A stretch of DNA of 64,000 bases from Macrostomum lignano (taxonomy: Eukaryota): the NCBI GenBank assembly GCA_002269645.1, contig NIVC01000892.1, positions 62,001 through 126,000 of the forward strand, read 5' to 3'. The number at the start of each line of letters is the position of its first letter. Position 1 is the first letter of the stretch. Both the position numbers and the translations under genes were made by a program. Shown here in pieces: positions 1 to 12,310 of this stretch. Under the pieces are notes generated by a model, which did no database searches, was not told where the DNA came from, and worked only from the letters and a program-made list of their open reading frames with translations.

Positions 1-269
1 ATTTGCAAATTTACTTTATAAATAAATTTCCCCTTGAGCATAAAATTTTAAAAAAGTAAGATAACTAAAAAAGATTTTTAATATCAATTTTTTTGACTTC
101 ACATATTTCAGTATTGTATTATCACGACACAACAAAGCAATTTGAACAATAACCCTTTGTACGGCGTACAAGGATGCTATCCAATAGGTATGCCAATCAT
201 TTTGGCGTACCAAAATTTGCACGCCAATAATGTACGCCAAAATTTATCTAATGTAAATGCACGCTGGAA

Positions 270-1014
270 TTTTCCAGCATATAGGACACCTTCCTGACTA
301 TGGCAGCTGGGTGGTTCTTCAGAAGCATCAACCCAGATGGCTGATGTGCTTGGGTTCTCACAGTAGACCCACTTCTTATCTTGAGTGATTATCAACTTGA
401 GAAAGTTTGGCGAACCGGCCTAGTGAAGATTTGAAGTCGCCACATCCCCCTGGCTCTTAGCTGCTGAGGTGTCAGCTCATGGGGCACCAGAGTTGGCTTC
501 TTCGGCACCTTGTCCGCAGCATGCAGGCTCCACTGGACTGTGCCATAGGACACCCCAGTAGCAGCTGGCAGCTTGCACACGCTGTAGTCCGGATTGTCCC
601 CAAGGGCTTGGAGAACGGCATTGCCATCAGCAGCAGGGGGTTGGCCTGAACTCAGCTTGTCCTTCAGCTCATAGTTCTCCTCAGCAAAGCGAGAGAACTA
701 GTCGTACACTGACGACTTGGAGGGTGCATGTGGGCCCATCAGCTGCAACAACTCGCGATGTGCCTCTGCTGTATTGCGTCCCGCATGAAAGTGATTGAGC
801 AGAATTGCTCGCCATTCAGTCTTGGCAGTTCCATTGGATGCGTTTGCTGGCTTAAGTAGGCAGGGTCTGGGAACTGAGAGATGTTAAGCTAAAGAGTGAT
901 GATAAGGCTGGCCAACAGCATAGTAGATGGTTGCTGCTTTTAAGCTTTTCCATAGACAAAAATTAACTAAAAGTTTGATTCTAAAAAATTCCGGAAACTT
1001 TTGGCTCACCCTAA
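270..1014 (-). mobile_element. Truncated, degenerate mariner (Tc1/mariner) transposon with transposase pseudogene
   Basis: Minus-strand translation from ATG at 834 gives MEL-(1-bp frameshift)-KTEWRAILLNHFHAGRNTAEAHRELLQLMGPHAPSKSSVYD*FSRF...LSSGQP (HTH region with an internal stop). It continues LVPHEL (mariner WVPHEL motif), IITQDKKWVYCENP (IVTGDEKW-type first catalytic Asp motif) and EGVLY. A mariner-like terminal repeat TTAGGGTGAGCCAAAAGTTTCCGGAATTTTT lies at 1014-984 with TA at 1015-1016. No second TIR was seen. Confidence 0.9.
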
Positions 1015-2833
1015 TAATTATCATAATCACTATATCATCATTATCAAATTGCGCCAGACAAAGCAGTGGCAAAAGTTAGGCCTAATTATTCGCTGCACGC
1101 TGAATATATGAGTTGGGATTGTGACAGCTATTTCAGGGAATGGACTCTCTTTTTATTCTTGTTTGCTTGGAATACCACGCTAAACAAATACATGATTGAG
1201 CTTGCACTCTCAAAAGTCTGTTCCATGAACTAGATGTCACAACATTGCAGATGCCACAGCATTCTTTCATTTTGCAATTACGTAGCACTATCCATTTGGG
1301 AGTCAGGACTTTCAATATACATTCCCCCTTAGAAGACAGCAAAATTATAAGTTAAAATTACTCTTAAAATCTAACTTCAAAATAGGACCACTTCTAAGCT
1401 TAGTAGGCCTATTGTCATTGACATTGTAGCATCAACTCAACTTGTCTCTTGTGTTTTGTTAGGAATATAGCTTATATTCACTTTTCTCATAAAATCATTT
1501 AAATGGTCAATTTATATATAGGTGATGATAAGACAGAACCAAAAGAGCTTATTGGATTTGAATTACAATCACAAACAACAAAATTATATTAGAGGGATTG
1601 TAGGTTCTATTTCAAAATTTTAGAAAATTATCAGTATAGGCCTATTAATCAATTGATAGAAATCCTGCTATTTTGTCTTGGCTAAATCTTGGACATTCCA
1701 TAGAAGCAAGAATTGGACATTTATAGGCCTAACTAATGCACTTGCTTTCGGCCCCCTTTCACTTTTGTTTTACAATCCTATAGTAAAATAGATGTATGTT
1801 TTATATTGAGCAGGATTGTAAGACAAAAGTAGGCCTTAAGGGGGTGCAGAAGCAATTACTATCAAAACACATAATTTTGTTCTTAACTGCACGTCAATAA
1901 TTGATAGAAATATCTCGTTTGACTATTTTATATAGACTAGACTTCATGTTAGTAAAATAAAAATAATTGGAACCATCTATTCAATTTTGTGATATGATCC
2001 TTTTAATACAATTTTTCTATTGGTTGTAATTCAAAACCTACAAGCTCTTTTAATTTTGTCTTATAATCAACTACATATAATATAGGCCCCTAATTTTACC
2101 ATTTAAATGATCATAGAACAAAAGTGAATATAAGCTATACTTCCGTAACTTTCTATGACTATGCTACATTTCAATAAAAATTGCAATGATGATTTGAAAT
2201 AATTTGAAAAGTGATTACAATGTACAATAATTGTTAAACATAATTTTTTGATATATTAGAGTGTTTTTTGACTCTTTATTGGAGATCGTAAGACAAAACT
2301 TGACCTTGCTATAAAATAAAATGCTATAAAATATCACTTTGATTAATAAAACTATATAAACTAAACTGGATATAGTGCTCCAAATGCTCCAATAAAGATG
2401 TATATATTAGCCATTAAAAATAATTTGAGCTATAATGACTTTTCTAAAATAGTCTTTGCCAATAATGGTCTTTTTCCAAAATAAACTATGTCCCTTTGTT
2501 ATGCATTTAGCGAAGCAGTTAGCATGACATAGCATAATGATTTGAAATGGCATAATAATATTTCATGGCATATTAGTACTAGCATAGCATACTATAGGAA
2601 CTTATAATTCCTATATTGTATGTCATACCATAATTATTTATATTACTTCTTGCAGGCAATTTATTTAATCTTTTATAAAATAAAACAATATCCCATTATA
2701 TGTCTATGGAAAACTCTGGCTTTAGCTTAGCTGAAAAGTTCAACTATTAATGTCAATATTTGACTTCTTAAGAAAATTTCACTGCTTTTTCTTGCTGTTT
2801 GAAGAGCACATTGCCCATCTTGGCTGCATCACC

Positions 2834-3185
2834 ATGGATTTAAACTCAAAAGAAGGAAAATGTGCTGCAATTTTCACACTTTGGAAGCTTTGAAAGAAGT
2901 GCTTTGAGATCTTTTCCAATTTATGCAACATTCATGGAGCTAGCACAGTAAGCGACTAATGGTTGCAACCTGACAGTTTACAACTGGGTTGAGCAGTTTG
3001 AGGCAGGAAAGACCAATGTTGCTGATCTGCTTAAGTCCATAGGCAAATTCTGCTCTATGTATCCCTCAACAGCTGTATGCAGATGCCATCAACAGCATCC
3101 CCAACAGATGTTTTGTGTGTCAAATTGAGTGGAAATTATTTGAAGGTTTTTGCACCATCTAAGGATGAGTGACCAAGAAAAAAAT
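2834..3185 (+). pseudogene. Heavily decayed second mariner transposase N-terminal fragment
   Basis: MDLNSKEGKCAAIFTLWKL*KKCFEIFSNLCNIHGASTVS, then after a frameshift TVYNWVEQFEAGKTNVADLLKSIGK. This follows the mariner pattern RA-I-WKLG-EI-L-I-G-VS-TVYNWV-F-G-T-V-D-PRSGRP. Several stops and frameshifts; no TIR identified. Confidence 0.6.
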
Positions 3186-3698
3186 TGCTGCTAATAACCA
3201 CGCATCTCTGTTTTCCCAGTTTACAGATTTTTATAGATTTCTTATAAGTCTACAAGTGACTCTTTTACTACATATGTAGTTGTAACTTTTGATAAAACTG
3301 ACAGAATAAAATGTAACATGACAGAAAAGGTAAGTAAAAATTTACTATAGCAAACACAGTCTTGAAAATTTTGCAACACTCCTCATGTAATACCAGGTAT
3401 AAAACTGGCTAAAATAAGTCCAAAGGATATTGCAAGAATTGCTAAAATACAATATCAACTCAATAAAATCTATGCAAAGCAACATTAGAATCCTAAAAAT
3501 TGGCCATTTGGTAAATCAAAGGTATATTTTTTGTTGGAATTTATAAATATAACAGTTATAAATACACTTCTAGGTTCAAATAGGCTATGGAAATTGATAT
3601 ACTATCTATAAATCTTATAACTCTAACTATGAAACAATTCAAATTCAGAAATATAATAAATTGAATAATTAAGAAATAATATCATTCAATTGAATTAC

Positions 3699-3701
<3 letters not shown>

Positions 3702-3737
<36 letters not shown>
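3702..3737. repeat. (TA)n microsatellite
   Basis: Direct reading of the sequence. Confidence 0.95.
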
Positions 3738-3739
<2 letters not shown>

Positions 3740-4543
3740 GTTTTGATCTAAAACATTTAAAATGTTTGTTTTGAAATATATATATAGTTTTCATTCTCTA
3801 ATTAAAAGTAAAAATTTAAAAGTTTTTATACCAATCTAATCTGTATGAGTGATATGAATGATCTATATATAGTTTAATATCTAATATTTCTTGGAGTGGG
3901 TACTCCAAACCCCTTGACCCCATACTATGTGGTATAACTAATTAGCCAGAAACTATCCAAACAACTGTTTTATTAATAGCTCATTTAAAGCAAAGTCTCA
4001 AAGCTAAAAAACCTGATATTGTGGTTATTTTTGATTTTTAATCATTTTTGTTTTGTCTGCCAGTAACTCGATGTGTTGGTCAAAGAGCATTTATAATAGC
4101 ATTAGTAATGTATGTATATAATGTATATTAGTAGAGGACAAGACCATTTAAAGACTAGAATATGAACCAATTAGAAACTGTTTGTGGCGCGATATCTTGT
4201 GTTAAAAATCAATCAATAATTTAATTTCTATTCAGAATGAATAGGAGTTTCGAGGTGTTTCGAAAAGGTTATTTTTCCCTCAATGGCGGGCGCCATTTAA
4301 GAATGCTTTTAATTGGTCTTCCTGACGCTAAAAGAATTCAAACAAATTTCTATTTAGAGTTTCGCTTATTTCTTTTCCTTGCTATTTCTTTTTACCCGTT
4401 TCTGGTTCGAAGCTCGAACTCGGAGTCGGTAGGCATGCTCAGCTCTAGGCTTGTATCGATTTTTAATCCCCCGATCCAGTGTGCGCCGCACTCAGAGTCG
4501 TTTTGTTTAATAATAGGCCGGTTACAATATTCATGACCGGCTT

Positions 4544-7500
4544 ATGTCGAGCAAGCAGCCCTTGGAGGCCCTTGGGCGACGCCTTGAAACTACAATGAAA
4601 CAACCCGCTAAGCTTACCAGCGATTCGCCCCCAACTAATTGCGAAGAAATTCTTGCTAAAGCAACCGAGTTAAACAATTTTAACGACCGAACTTGCTCGC
4701 CTAGTGAGGCTAAAGTGCTCAAAACAGACGACTATGATGATGCACCCCTGTCTGAGCCTGAGTTCGAAGCGGTAGAAGATGATTATCAAGACGACAAAGA
4801 GGATGGCGAATTGGATTCGGATGTCGAGCCAGCTCAGTCGGCCGATGATGATTCAACAAAAGCCTCCGTTACTAAGCAAGCAGCTACTGCATTAGCCGTT
4901 GTCGTGGAAACTGTTGCCCTAGCGGCTAGTCCCAGGCTAGCGGCTCAAGCTCAACCGCCGAAAGACTCAACGGAGTCTGCGGCAGCGCCGCCGCCTGTAG
5001 TTAAGGAGGAATCCGATGGAGCTCCGGCAGCAAATGACGTCGATCAAGTTGTAGTTAAATTGGAATCGTCTACTGAATTAGTTAAAACTGCTAACGATTT
5101 CGAAATCGAAGATGAAGCATTACGAAGCCAGCAGCTTGATGATGTTAGTAGCAAGCCTAACAATAATGCAGACAGTGCAGCTGTCCAACCAATCGAGTTG
5201 CCAGTAAAACAGGAGCGACTTAAACTTGATTATGATGCTAATAAAGAAGCTGATGAAGCTGAACAAGATGATGAAGATGAGCAAGCCGCCGATGATGACG
5301 ATGATGAAGCTGGCAAAATTGCTGAGCAGACTTCATTGGGCTCTGAAGCGATTCGTCAAGCAAGCGATGAGGAAGACGCCGATGAAGAAGAAGACGATGA
5401 CGCAGAAGATGCCGAAAATGACGAAGAAGATGATGAGGGAGATGCAGCTGCTGGTCGGCTTGACGCTGAAGAAGTCGAAGAAGATGAATTGGATGACGAT
5501 GACGGGATGAGCGGCCTTGACACGATTCTGGCCAATACTGACAGCATCAACCTTGAACAATACCAGCCACAGTATCCGTCCAGGTACTTTCAGCGTCGGC
5601 ACCTGCTGTTAGCTGATTCCCAGCATCAACAGCAGCTTGGACATTTGCCTCACGGAGTTCCACTCCCTCAGCAGCAGCATCATCAGCACCATCTGCACCA
5701 TCCTGCTCAGGGCTACCGGCCCACTCCGCCACCGAACGTCACTTTTAGCCAAATGCAGCAGCATCCGCATCATCAGCAGCATATGTTCGGCTATGCGCAT
5801 CATCCTGCAGCTTCCCAGCCTCATCAGATGCAGATGCAGCAGCATCATCATCAGCAGCCTCCGCATCAGCACCATCCACAACAGCAGCAGCCGCCGCAGC
5901 CGCCCATGAAGTTTCTGTGTCAAATATGCGGAAAAACTTACGCTAATAAAAGTTCGCTTCGAACCCACGCTAAAACGGCGCACGGCATCGAAACACCCCG
6001 GCAACGACAGCATCATCTGATGCAGCAACAGTTGCAGAATCATCAATCTGGCTCAGTACTGCCAGGACCCGTGATGCACCGTTGTCCTCACTGCGACTTT
6101 GCCAGCCCGTTCAAATCTAACTTGGAGCGTCACGTGACTTCATTGCACGGAGGCGGCAGTGGCGGGCGTCTCTTTCAGCAGCAGCAGCAGCCGGCAACTC
6201 AGCATCATCACGTGCGCGAGTACACCCGCTCATCTGAGGGCAACCACCGTTGCGAGCACTGCGGCAAACGATTCAATACGAAGCTCCGCATGCGGCAGCA
6301 CCTGGACACGCACAATCCTAACAAGCCGTACATTTGTGACATGCCCAACTGCGAACGAGCTTTTCGGACGGCGAAATATTTGAAAAATCACAAAGACGAA
6401 TTTCACAAATTGCAGCCGCGCAAATACGACTGTCCAGTGCCAGACTGCGGCAATATCTTTCACAAACGAACGCATTTGAAGCGTCACATGGAGTCGCACG
6501 TTGGCTATTCTGGCGCAAGCTTTTCCGACGCTTACGGCATGGGCGCTGGAACCAGCGATGCCAGCGTTAGCGGCCAGGGTCCGGTGCAGATGTCGCCGCA
6601 ACAGCAACAACAGCAGCAGCAACCGCCAACTTTCCATTGTCAGTGGCCAGGCTGCGAGAAAGCTTTCCGGAGTCAGGGCGCTCTGCAGACTCACCGGTAC
6701 AAGCACACCGGTGAAAAGCCGCTTGCCTGCGACCTGTGCAACTACAGGTGCAGGCAGAAGGTGTGCCTGATGAAGCATCACGCCAGGCTGCATCCTGGCC
6801 AGGAGCAGCCGTCGATGCTGAACGGTAGACGAAAGCGCGGGCGCTATCCCGGTCCAGCCTCCGCTAGCTGCATCAATCCTGCTCAGCAGCAGCAGCAGCC
6901 AGCGCAGCAGCAGCAGCAACCTTCCCCGGCAATTGGACTTCATCATCAGTTGCAGCCGCAGCCGCCATTGCCGCTGCCAATATCTCAGCATCCGCTGCAT
7001 CATATGCAGCAGCGAGTGCAACAACTGGCCAACGGTATGGGCATCGGGTTTGACGACTGCGATAATAATAGCCTAAGATTGAAGTCGAAAAGATTGCCAG
7101 ATAGCGAAGAATTGGAAGCTGCGGCCGCTGCAGCCTCAGTGATGGAGGAAGCCAGTGTCGATTCCAACAGGCGTAGAACAATGTCCACAGCGTCTGGTTT
7201 CCCAGTTAACGGCGACGAAGACTTCGCCGAGGAGGATATGGAAGACGAGGAAGAGGAGGATGAAGAGGACTCCGGGATGCTGGACGGAGCAGAAGCTGCC
7301 GCAGTGGCTGCCGCCGCGGCAGCAGCAGCAGCCGCCGCGACCGCGACCGAATCAGAGGTTGAACCGAAGCTGGACACTCAAATCGATGGTATAATCAGCA
7401 ATTTAGAGCGCGAATCGAATCTAATCGATTTTCTACAGCCGCAGTCCGACTGCGTCAAATTAGAGGTGAAACAGCGTTCGCCTGACGTACCCGACTTAAT

Positions 7501-8011
7501 TAGCAGCGTAACTCAGCAGCAGTTGCCGTTGCGTCAAGCCTCCACTCCAGACGCTGGCTGTGGTAGTAGTAAAGACTTTCTTGACGAAGTGCTGGAAGAT
7601 ATTCGGAGTATAGAATCAGCCGGAGTTCAGCTTGGCCAGGGTGTGAATCAGCAGCAGCAGCAGCCGGTTCAGCAGCAACAGCAGCAACAACAGCAGCGTC
7701 AACTGACACCTGGCGGTCGATCGCATCTGGACGCATCTGTGTGGAGCGATTCGTCCGGCTATTCAAGCGGTCACGACAGCGGCCCACCACAGCAGGCTCA
7801 GGTTGGCAAGGATTCCGGCGCTAATACCGCTGGCGGCTACGCCTACGGGCCTCAGCAGCCTCAGCAACAGCAGCAGCAGGGCTACTCACCCTATAGGCCG
7901 TCTGGCGGCATGTGGTGCGGAGGCGGCAACGATTCGTTTGCCTCGCCTAGCAACGCGCCGGCTTACGATTCTTATGCTGGTAAGCTGAGTTCAAATTTAA
8001 AGCTGTTTTAG
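4544..8011 (+). CDS. Intronless C2H2 zinc-finger transcription factor, ZFP91/ZNF692/ZNF653/ZNF276-like, 1155 aa, with acidic N-terminus and Q/H/A-rich tracts
   Basis: Uninterrupted ORF with seven C2H2 fingers (CQIC..HAKTAH, CPHC..HVTSLH, CEHC..HLDTH, CDMPNC..HKDEFH, CPVPDC..HMESH, CQWPGC..HRYKH, CDLC..HHARLH). HTGEKPLACDLCNYRCRQKVCL matches the family signature HTGEKPLQCEICGFTCRQKASL, and the two C-x4-C fingers match the first two ZFP91 fingers (comparison from memory, not a search). Confidence 0.92.
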   Translation: MSSKQPLEALGRRLETTMKQPAKLTSDSPPTNCEEILAKATELNNFNDRTCSPSEAKVLKTDDYDDAPLSEPEFEAVEDDYQDDKEDGELDSDVEPAQSADDDSTKASVTKQAATALAVVVETVALAASPRLAAQAQPPKDSTESAAAPPPVVKEESDGAPAANDVDQVVVKLESSTELVKTANDFEIEDEALRSQQLDDVSSKPNNNADSAAVQPIELPVKQERLKLDYDANKEADEAEQDDEDEQAADDDDDEAGKIAEQTSLGSEAIRQASDEEDADEEEDDDAEDAENDEEDDEGDAAAGRLDAEEVEEDELDDDDGMSGLDTILANTDSINLEQYQPQYPSRYFQRRHLLLADSQHQQQLGHLPHGVPLPQQQHHQHHLHHPAQGYRPTPPPNVTFSQMQQHPHHQQHMFGYAHHPAASQPHQMQMQQHHHQQPPHQHHPQQQQPPQPPMKFLCQICGKTYANKSSLRTHAKTAHGIETPRQRQHHLMQQQLQNHQSGSVLPGPVMHRCPHCDFASPFKSNLERHVTSLHGGGSGGRLFQQQQQPATQHHHVREYTRSSEGNHRCEHCGKRFNTKLRMRQHLDTHNPNKPYICDMPNCERAFRTAKYLKNHKDEFHKLQPRKYDCPVPDCGNIFHKRTHLKRHMESHVGYSGASFSDAYGMGAGTSDASVSGQGPVQMSPQQQQQQQQPPTFHCQWPGCEKAFRSQGALQTHRYKHTGEKPLACDLCNYRCRQKVCLMKHHARLHPGQEQPSMLNGRRKRGRYPGPASASCINPAQQQQQPAQQQQQPSPAIGLHHQLQPQPPLPLPISQHPLHHMQQRVQQLANGMGIGFDDCDNNSLRLKSKRLPDSEELEAAAAAASVMEEASVDSNRRRTMSTASGFPVNGDEDFAEEDMEDEEEEDEEDSGMLDGAEAAAVAAAAAAAAAAATATESEVEPKLDTQIDGIISNLERESNLIDFLQPQSDCVKLEVKQRSPDVPDLISSVTQQQLPLRQASTPDAGCGSSKDFLDEVLEDIRSIESAGVQLGQGVNQQQQQPVQQQQQQQQQRQLTPGGRSHLDASVWSDSSGYSSGHDSGPPQQAQVGKDSGANTAGGYAYGPQQPQQQQQQGYSPYRPSGGMWCGGGNDSFASPSNAPAYDSYAGKLSSNLKLF

Positions 8012-8029
8012 TGAGCTGTGCGAGTCTAA

Positions 8030-9136
8030 GTTGGCTAGATTAGCTATCCATTCTATTCCTTCATTGGTGATGTTGGCTAGATTAGCAATCCATTCTATTC
8101 CTTCATTGGTGATGTTGGCTAGATTAGCAATCCATTCCATTCCTTCATTGGTGATGCTGGCTAGATTAACAATCCATTCCATTCCTTCATTGGTGATGTT
8201 GGCTAGATTAACAATCCATTCTATTCCTTCATTGGTGATGTTGGCTAGATTAGCAATCCATTCCATTCCTTCATTGGTGATGCTGGCTAGATTAACAATC
8301 CATTCCATTCCTTCATTGGTGATGTTGGCTAGATTAACAATCCATTCCATTCCTTCATTGGTGATGTTGGCTGGATTAGCAATCCATTCTATTCCTTTAT
8401 TGGTGATGTTGGCTAGATTAGCAATCCATTCTGTTCCTTCAATCTGAGATGTTGGCTGGATTAGCAATCCACTCTGTTCCTTCATTCTGAGATGTTGGCT
8501 AGATTAGCAATCCATTCTATTCCTTTATTGGTGATGCTGGCTAGATTAGCAATCCATTCTATTCCTTTATTGGTGATGTTGGCTAGATTAGCAATCCATT
8601 CTGTTCCTTTATTGGTGATGTTGGCTAGATTAGCAATCCATTCTATTCCTTTATTGGTGATGTTGGCTAGATTAGCAATCCATTCTATTCCTTTATTGGT
8701 GATGTTGGCTAGATTAGCAATCCATTCTATTCCTTTATTGGTGATGTTGGCTAGATTAGCAATCCATTCTATTCCTTTATTGGTGATGTTGGCTAGATTA
8801 GCAATCCATTCTATTCCTTTATTGGTGATGTTGGCTAGATTAGCAATCCATTCTATTCCTTTATTGGTGATGTTGGCTAGATTAGCAATCCATTCTATTC
8901 CTTTATTGGTGATGTTGGCTAGATTGGCAATCCATTCTATTCCTTCATAGGTGATGTTGGCTAGATTAGCAATCCATTCTATTCCTTTATTGGTGATGTT
9001 GGCTAGATTGGCAATCCATTCTATTCCTTTATTGGTGATGTTGGCTAGATTGGCAATCCATTCTATTCCTTTATTGGTGATGTTGGCTAGATTGGCAATC
9101 CATTCTATTCCTTTATTGGTGATGTTGGCTAGATTG
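8030..9136. repeat. 42-bp minisatellite (TGGTGATGTTGGCTAGATTAGCAATCCATTCTATTCCTTTAT), about 26 copies
   Basis: Tandem periodicity read directly; it starts about 18 bp after the zinc-finger stop codon. Confidence 0.97.
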
Positions 9137-9827
9137 GCTGAGTGAAAATGACTAATTGGCTGAGTGAATTGGCTGAGTTGGCTAGATTGGCAATCCCTTC
9201 TATTCTCTTCCCTTCCATAGCGCAATGACCTCCCGTTTTACAAGTACAATACTCTCACCTTGCATGCATGATACTGCATGTATGCGAGTATATGTGTATA
9301 TATAGGCATGTATAAATTTGCTACATTCAACCTCTCCGCCCGAGTCCACGCATACTTGAGCGCCAGTTTTGGTGGCTAGGGGGGGGGGGGCTCGACCGAC
9401 GCGCAAAATAAGGCAAATTTTTAATTAGATTTCGCTGCTCCCTTGGCCCCTCCTCTCCGGCAACGCAACTCCGGCAGCATCAAAAAAAATTGCCAATGCA
9501 TATTATACTGCGAATAGCCCGAGTCTATCGCGTCATGGATTCTACTTAGCTTGCTTGACTTTTCTTCTTCTTCAAGGCCGATGTTTTGCTTCCTTCTACT
9601 GCTGCCAGACCACCAACCGAGTTGGGCAACTACGCACTTTTGTATAATTTTATTATTTAATAATTATTATACACCAGCTTAGTCTAGGCCTCTTCAAGTA
9701 CTAAACCACCCTTAGATTTGTATTTTTCAAATCTTTGTTTGTCAAATCTTTGTCAAATCTTTGTTTGTGTATACATGTGTATAACATGCGTGTATTTAAG
9801 TACTTAGCAACGACTTGCGCGAGCCAC

Positions 9828-12310
9828 AGATTTCAGTTTCCTAGAAATTGCCTTGGCAACCAGTTTCAGAAGCTAGGGATTTCAGTTTCCTAGAAATTGC
9901 CTTGACAACCAGTTTTGGAAGCTAGGGATTTCAGTTTCCTAGAAATTGCCTTGGCAACCAGTTTCGGAAGCTAGAGATTTCAGTTTCCTAGAAATTGCCT
10001 TGGCAACCAGTTTCAGAAGCTAGGGATTTCAGTTTCCTAGAAATTGCCTTGACAACCAGTTTCGGAAGCTAGGGATTTCAGTTTCCTAGAAATTGCCTTG
10101 GCAACCAGTTTCGGAAGCTAGAGATTTCAGTTTCCTAGAAATTGCCTTGGCAACCAGTTTCAGAAGCTAGGGATTTCAGTTTCCTAGAAATTGCCTTGAC
10201 AACCAGTTTCGGAAGCTAGGGATTTCAGTTTCCTAGAAATTGCCTTGGCAACCAGTTTTGGAAGCTAGGGATTTCAGTTTCCTAGAAATTGCCTTGGCAA
10301 CCAGTTTCGGAAGCCAGGGATTTCAGTTTGCTAGAAATTGCCTTGGCAACCAGTTTCAGAAGCTAGGGATTTCAGTTTCCTAGAAATTGCCTTGACAACC
10401 AGTTTCGGAAGCTAGGGATTTCAGTTTCCTAGAAATTGCCTTGGCAACCAGTTTTGGAAGCTAGGGATTTCAGTTTCCTAGAAATTGCCTTGGCAACCAG
10501 TTTCGGAAGCCAGGGATTTCAGTTTGCTAGAAATTGCCTTGGCAACCAGTTTCAGAAGCTAGGGATTTCAGTTTCCTAGAAATTGCCTTGACAACCAGTT
10601 TCGGAAGCTAGGGATTTCAGTTTCCTAGAAATTGCCTTGGCAACCAGTTTCGGAAGCTAGGGATTTCAGTTTCCTAGAAATTGCCTTGGCAACCAGTTTC
10701 GGAAGCTAGGGATTTTAGTTTCCTAGAAATTGCCTTGGCAACCAGTTTCGGAAGCTAGGGATTTCAGTTTCCTAGAAATTGCCTTGACAACCAGTTTCAG
10801 AAGCTAGGGATTTCAGTTTCCTAGAAATTGCCTTGACAACCAGTTTCGGAAGCTAGGGATTTCAGTTTCCTAGAAATTGCCTTTGCAACCAGTTTCGGAA
10901 GCCAGGGATTTCAGTTTGCTAGAAATTGCCTTGGCAACCAGTTTCAGAAGCTAGGGATTTCAGTTTCCTAGAAATTGCCTTGGCAACCAGTTTCAGAAGC
11001 TAGGGATTTCAGTTTCCTAAAAATTGCCTTGGCAACCAGTTTCAGAAGCTAGGGATTTCAGTTTGCTAGAAATTGCCTTGGCAACCAGTTTCAGAAGCTA
11101 GGGATTTCAGTTTCCTAGAAATTGCCTTGACAACCAGTTTTGGAAGCTAGGGATTTCAGTTTCCTAGAAATTGCCTTGACAACCAGTTTCAGAAGCTAGG
11201 GATTTCAGTTTCCTAGAAATTGCCTTGGCAACCAGTTTCGGAAGCTAGGGATTTCAGTTTCCTAGAAATTGCCTTGGCAACCAGTTTCGGAAGCTAGGGA
11301 TTTTAGTTTCCTAGAAATTGCCTTGGCAACCAGTTTCGGAAGCTAGGGATTTCAGTTTCCTAGAAATTGCCTTGACAACCAGTTTCGGAAGCCAGGGATT
11401 TCAGTTTGCTAGAAATTGCCTTGACAACCAGTTTCAGAAGCTAGGGATTTCAGTTTCCTAGAAATTGCCTTGACAACCAGTTTCAGAAGCTAGGGATTTC
11501 AGTTTCCTAGAAATTGCCTTGGCAACCAGTTTCAGAAGCTAGGGATTTCAGTTTCCTAGAAATTGTCTTGGCAACCAGTTTTGGAAGCTAGGAATTTCAG
11601 TTTCCTAGAAATTGCCTTGGCAACCAGTTTCGGAAGCCAGGGATTTCAGTTTGCTAGAAATTGCCTTGGCAACCAGTTTCAGAAGCTAGGGATTTCAGTT
11701 TCCTAGAAATTGCCTTGGCAACCAGTTTCGGAAGCTAGGGATTTCAGTTTCCTAGAAATTGCCTTGGCAACCAGTTTCAGAAGCTAGGGATTTCAGTTTC
11801 CTAGAAATTGCCTTGGCAACCAGTTTCAGAAGCTAGGGATTTCAGTTTCCTAGAAATTGCCTTGACAACCAGTTTCAGAAGCTAGGGATTTCAGTTTCCT
11901 AGAAATTGCCTTGGCAACCAGTTTCAGAAGCTAGGGATTTCAGTTTCCTAGAAATTGTCTTGGCAACCAGTTTTGGAAGCTAGGGATTTCAGTTTCCTAG
12001 AAATTGCCTTGGCAACCAGTTTCGGAAGCCAGGGATTTCAGTTTGCTAGAAATTGCCTTGGCAACCAGTTTCAGAAGCTAGGGATTTCAGTTTCCTAGAA
12101 ATTGCCTTGGCAACCAGTTTCGGAAGCTAGGGATTTCAGTTTCCTAGAAATTGCCTTGGCAACCAGTTTCGGAAGCTAGGGATTTTAGTTTCTTAGAAAT
12201 GCCTTAGTAACCACTTTTGGAAGCTGGAGATTTAAGCTTCTTAGAAATGCCTTAGCAACCAGTTTTAGAAGCCAGAGATTTCAGTTTCTTATAAATAGCC
12301 TTAGCAACGA
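9828..12310. repeat. 49-bp minisatellite (GATTTCAGTTTCCTAGAAATTGCCTTGGCAACCAGTTTCGGAAGCTAGG), about 50 copies
   Basis: Period of 49 (CTAGAAATTG at 9841 and 9890); very homogeneous, decaying over the last ~130 bp. Confidence 0.97.

Noticed and set aside
4237-4536. 99-aa ORF just upstream of the zinc-finger gene, after an acceptor-like TTCTATTCAG
   Set aside because: No recognisable protein features. It could be a uORF in a 5' UTR or trans-spliced leader region, but sequence alone cannot support this.
4531-7988. Overlapping alternative-frame and antisense ORFs
   Set aside because: Shadows of the CAG/GAT-rich zinc-finger CDS.
7997-9225. Long ORFs on both strands of the 42-bp array (MLARLAIHSIP / ITNKGIEWIAN)
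   Set aside because: They arise because the unit is a multiple of 3 and lacks stops; the zinc-finger gene ends in TAG followed by TGA, so read-through is unlikely.
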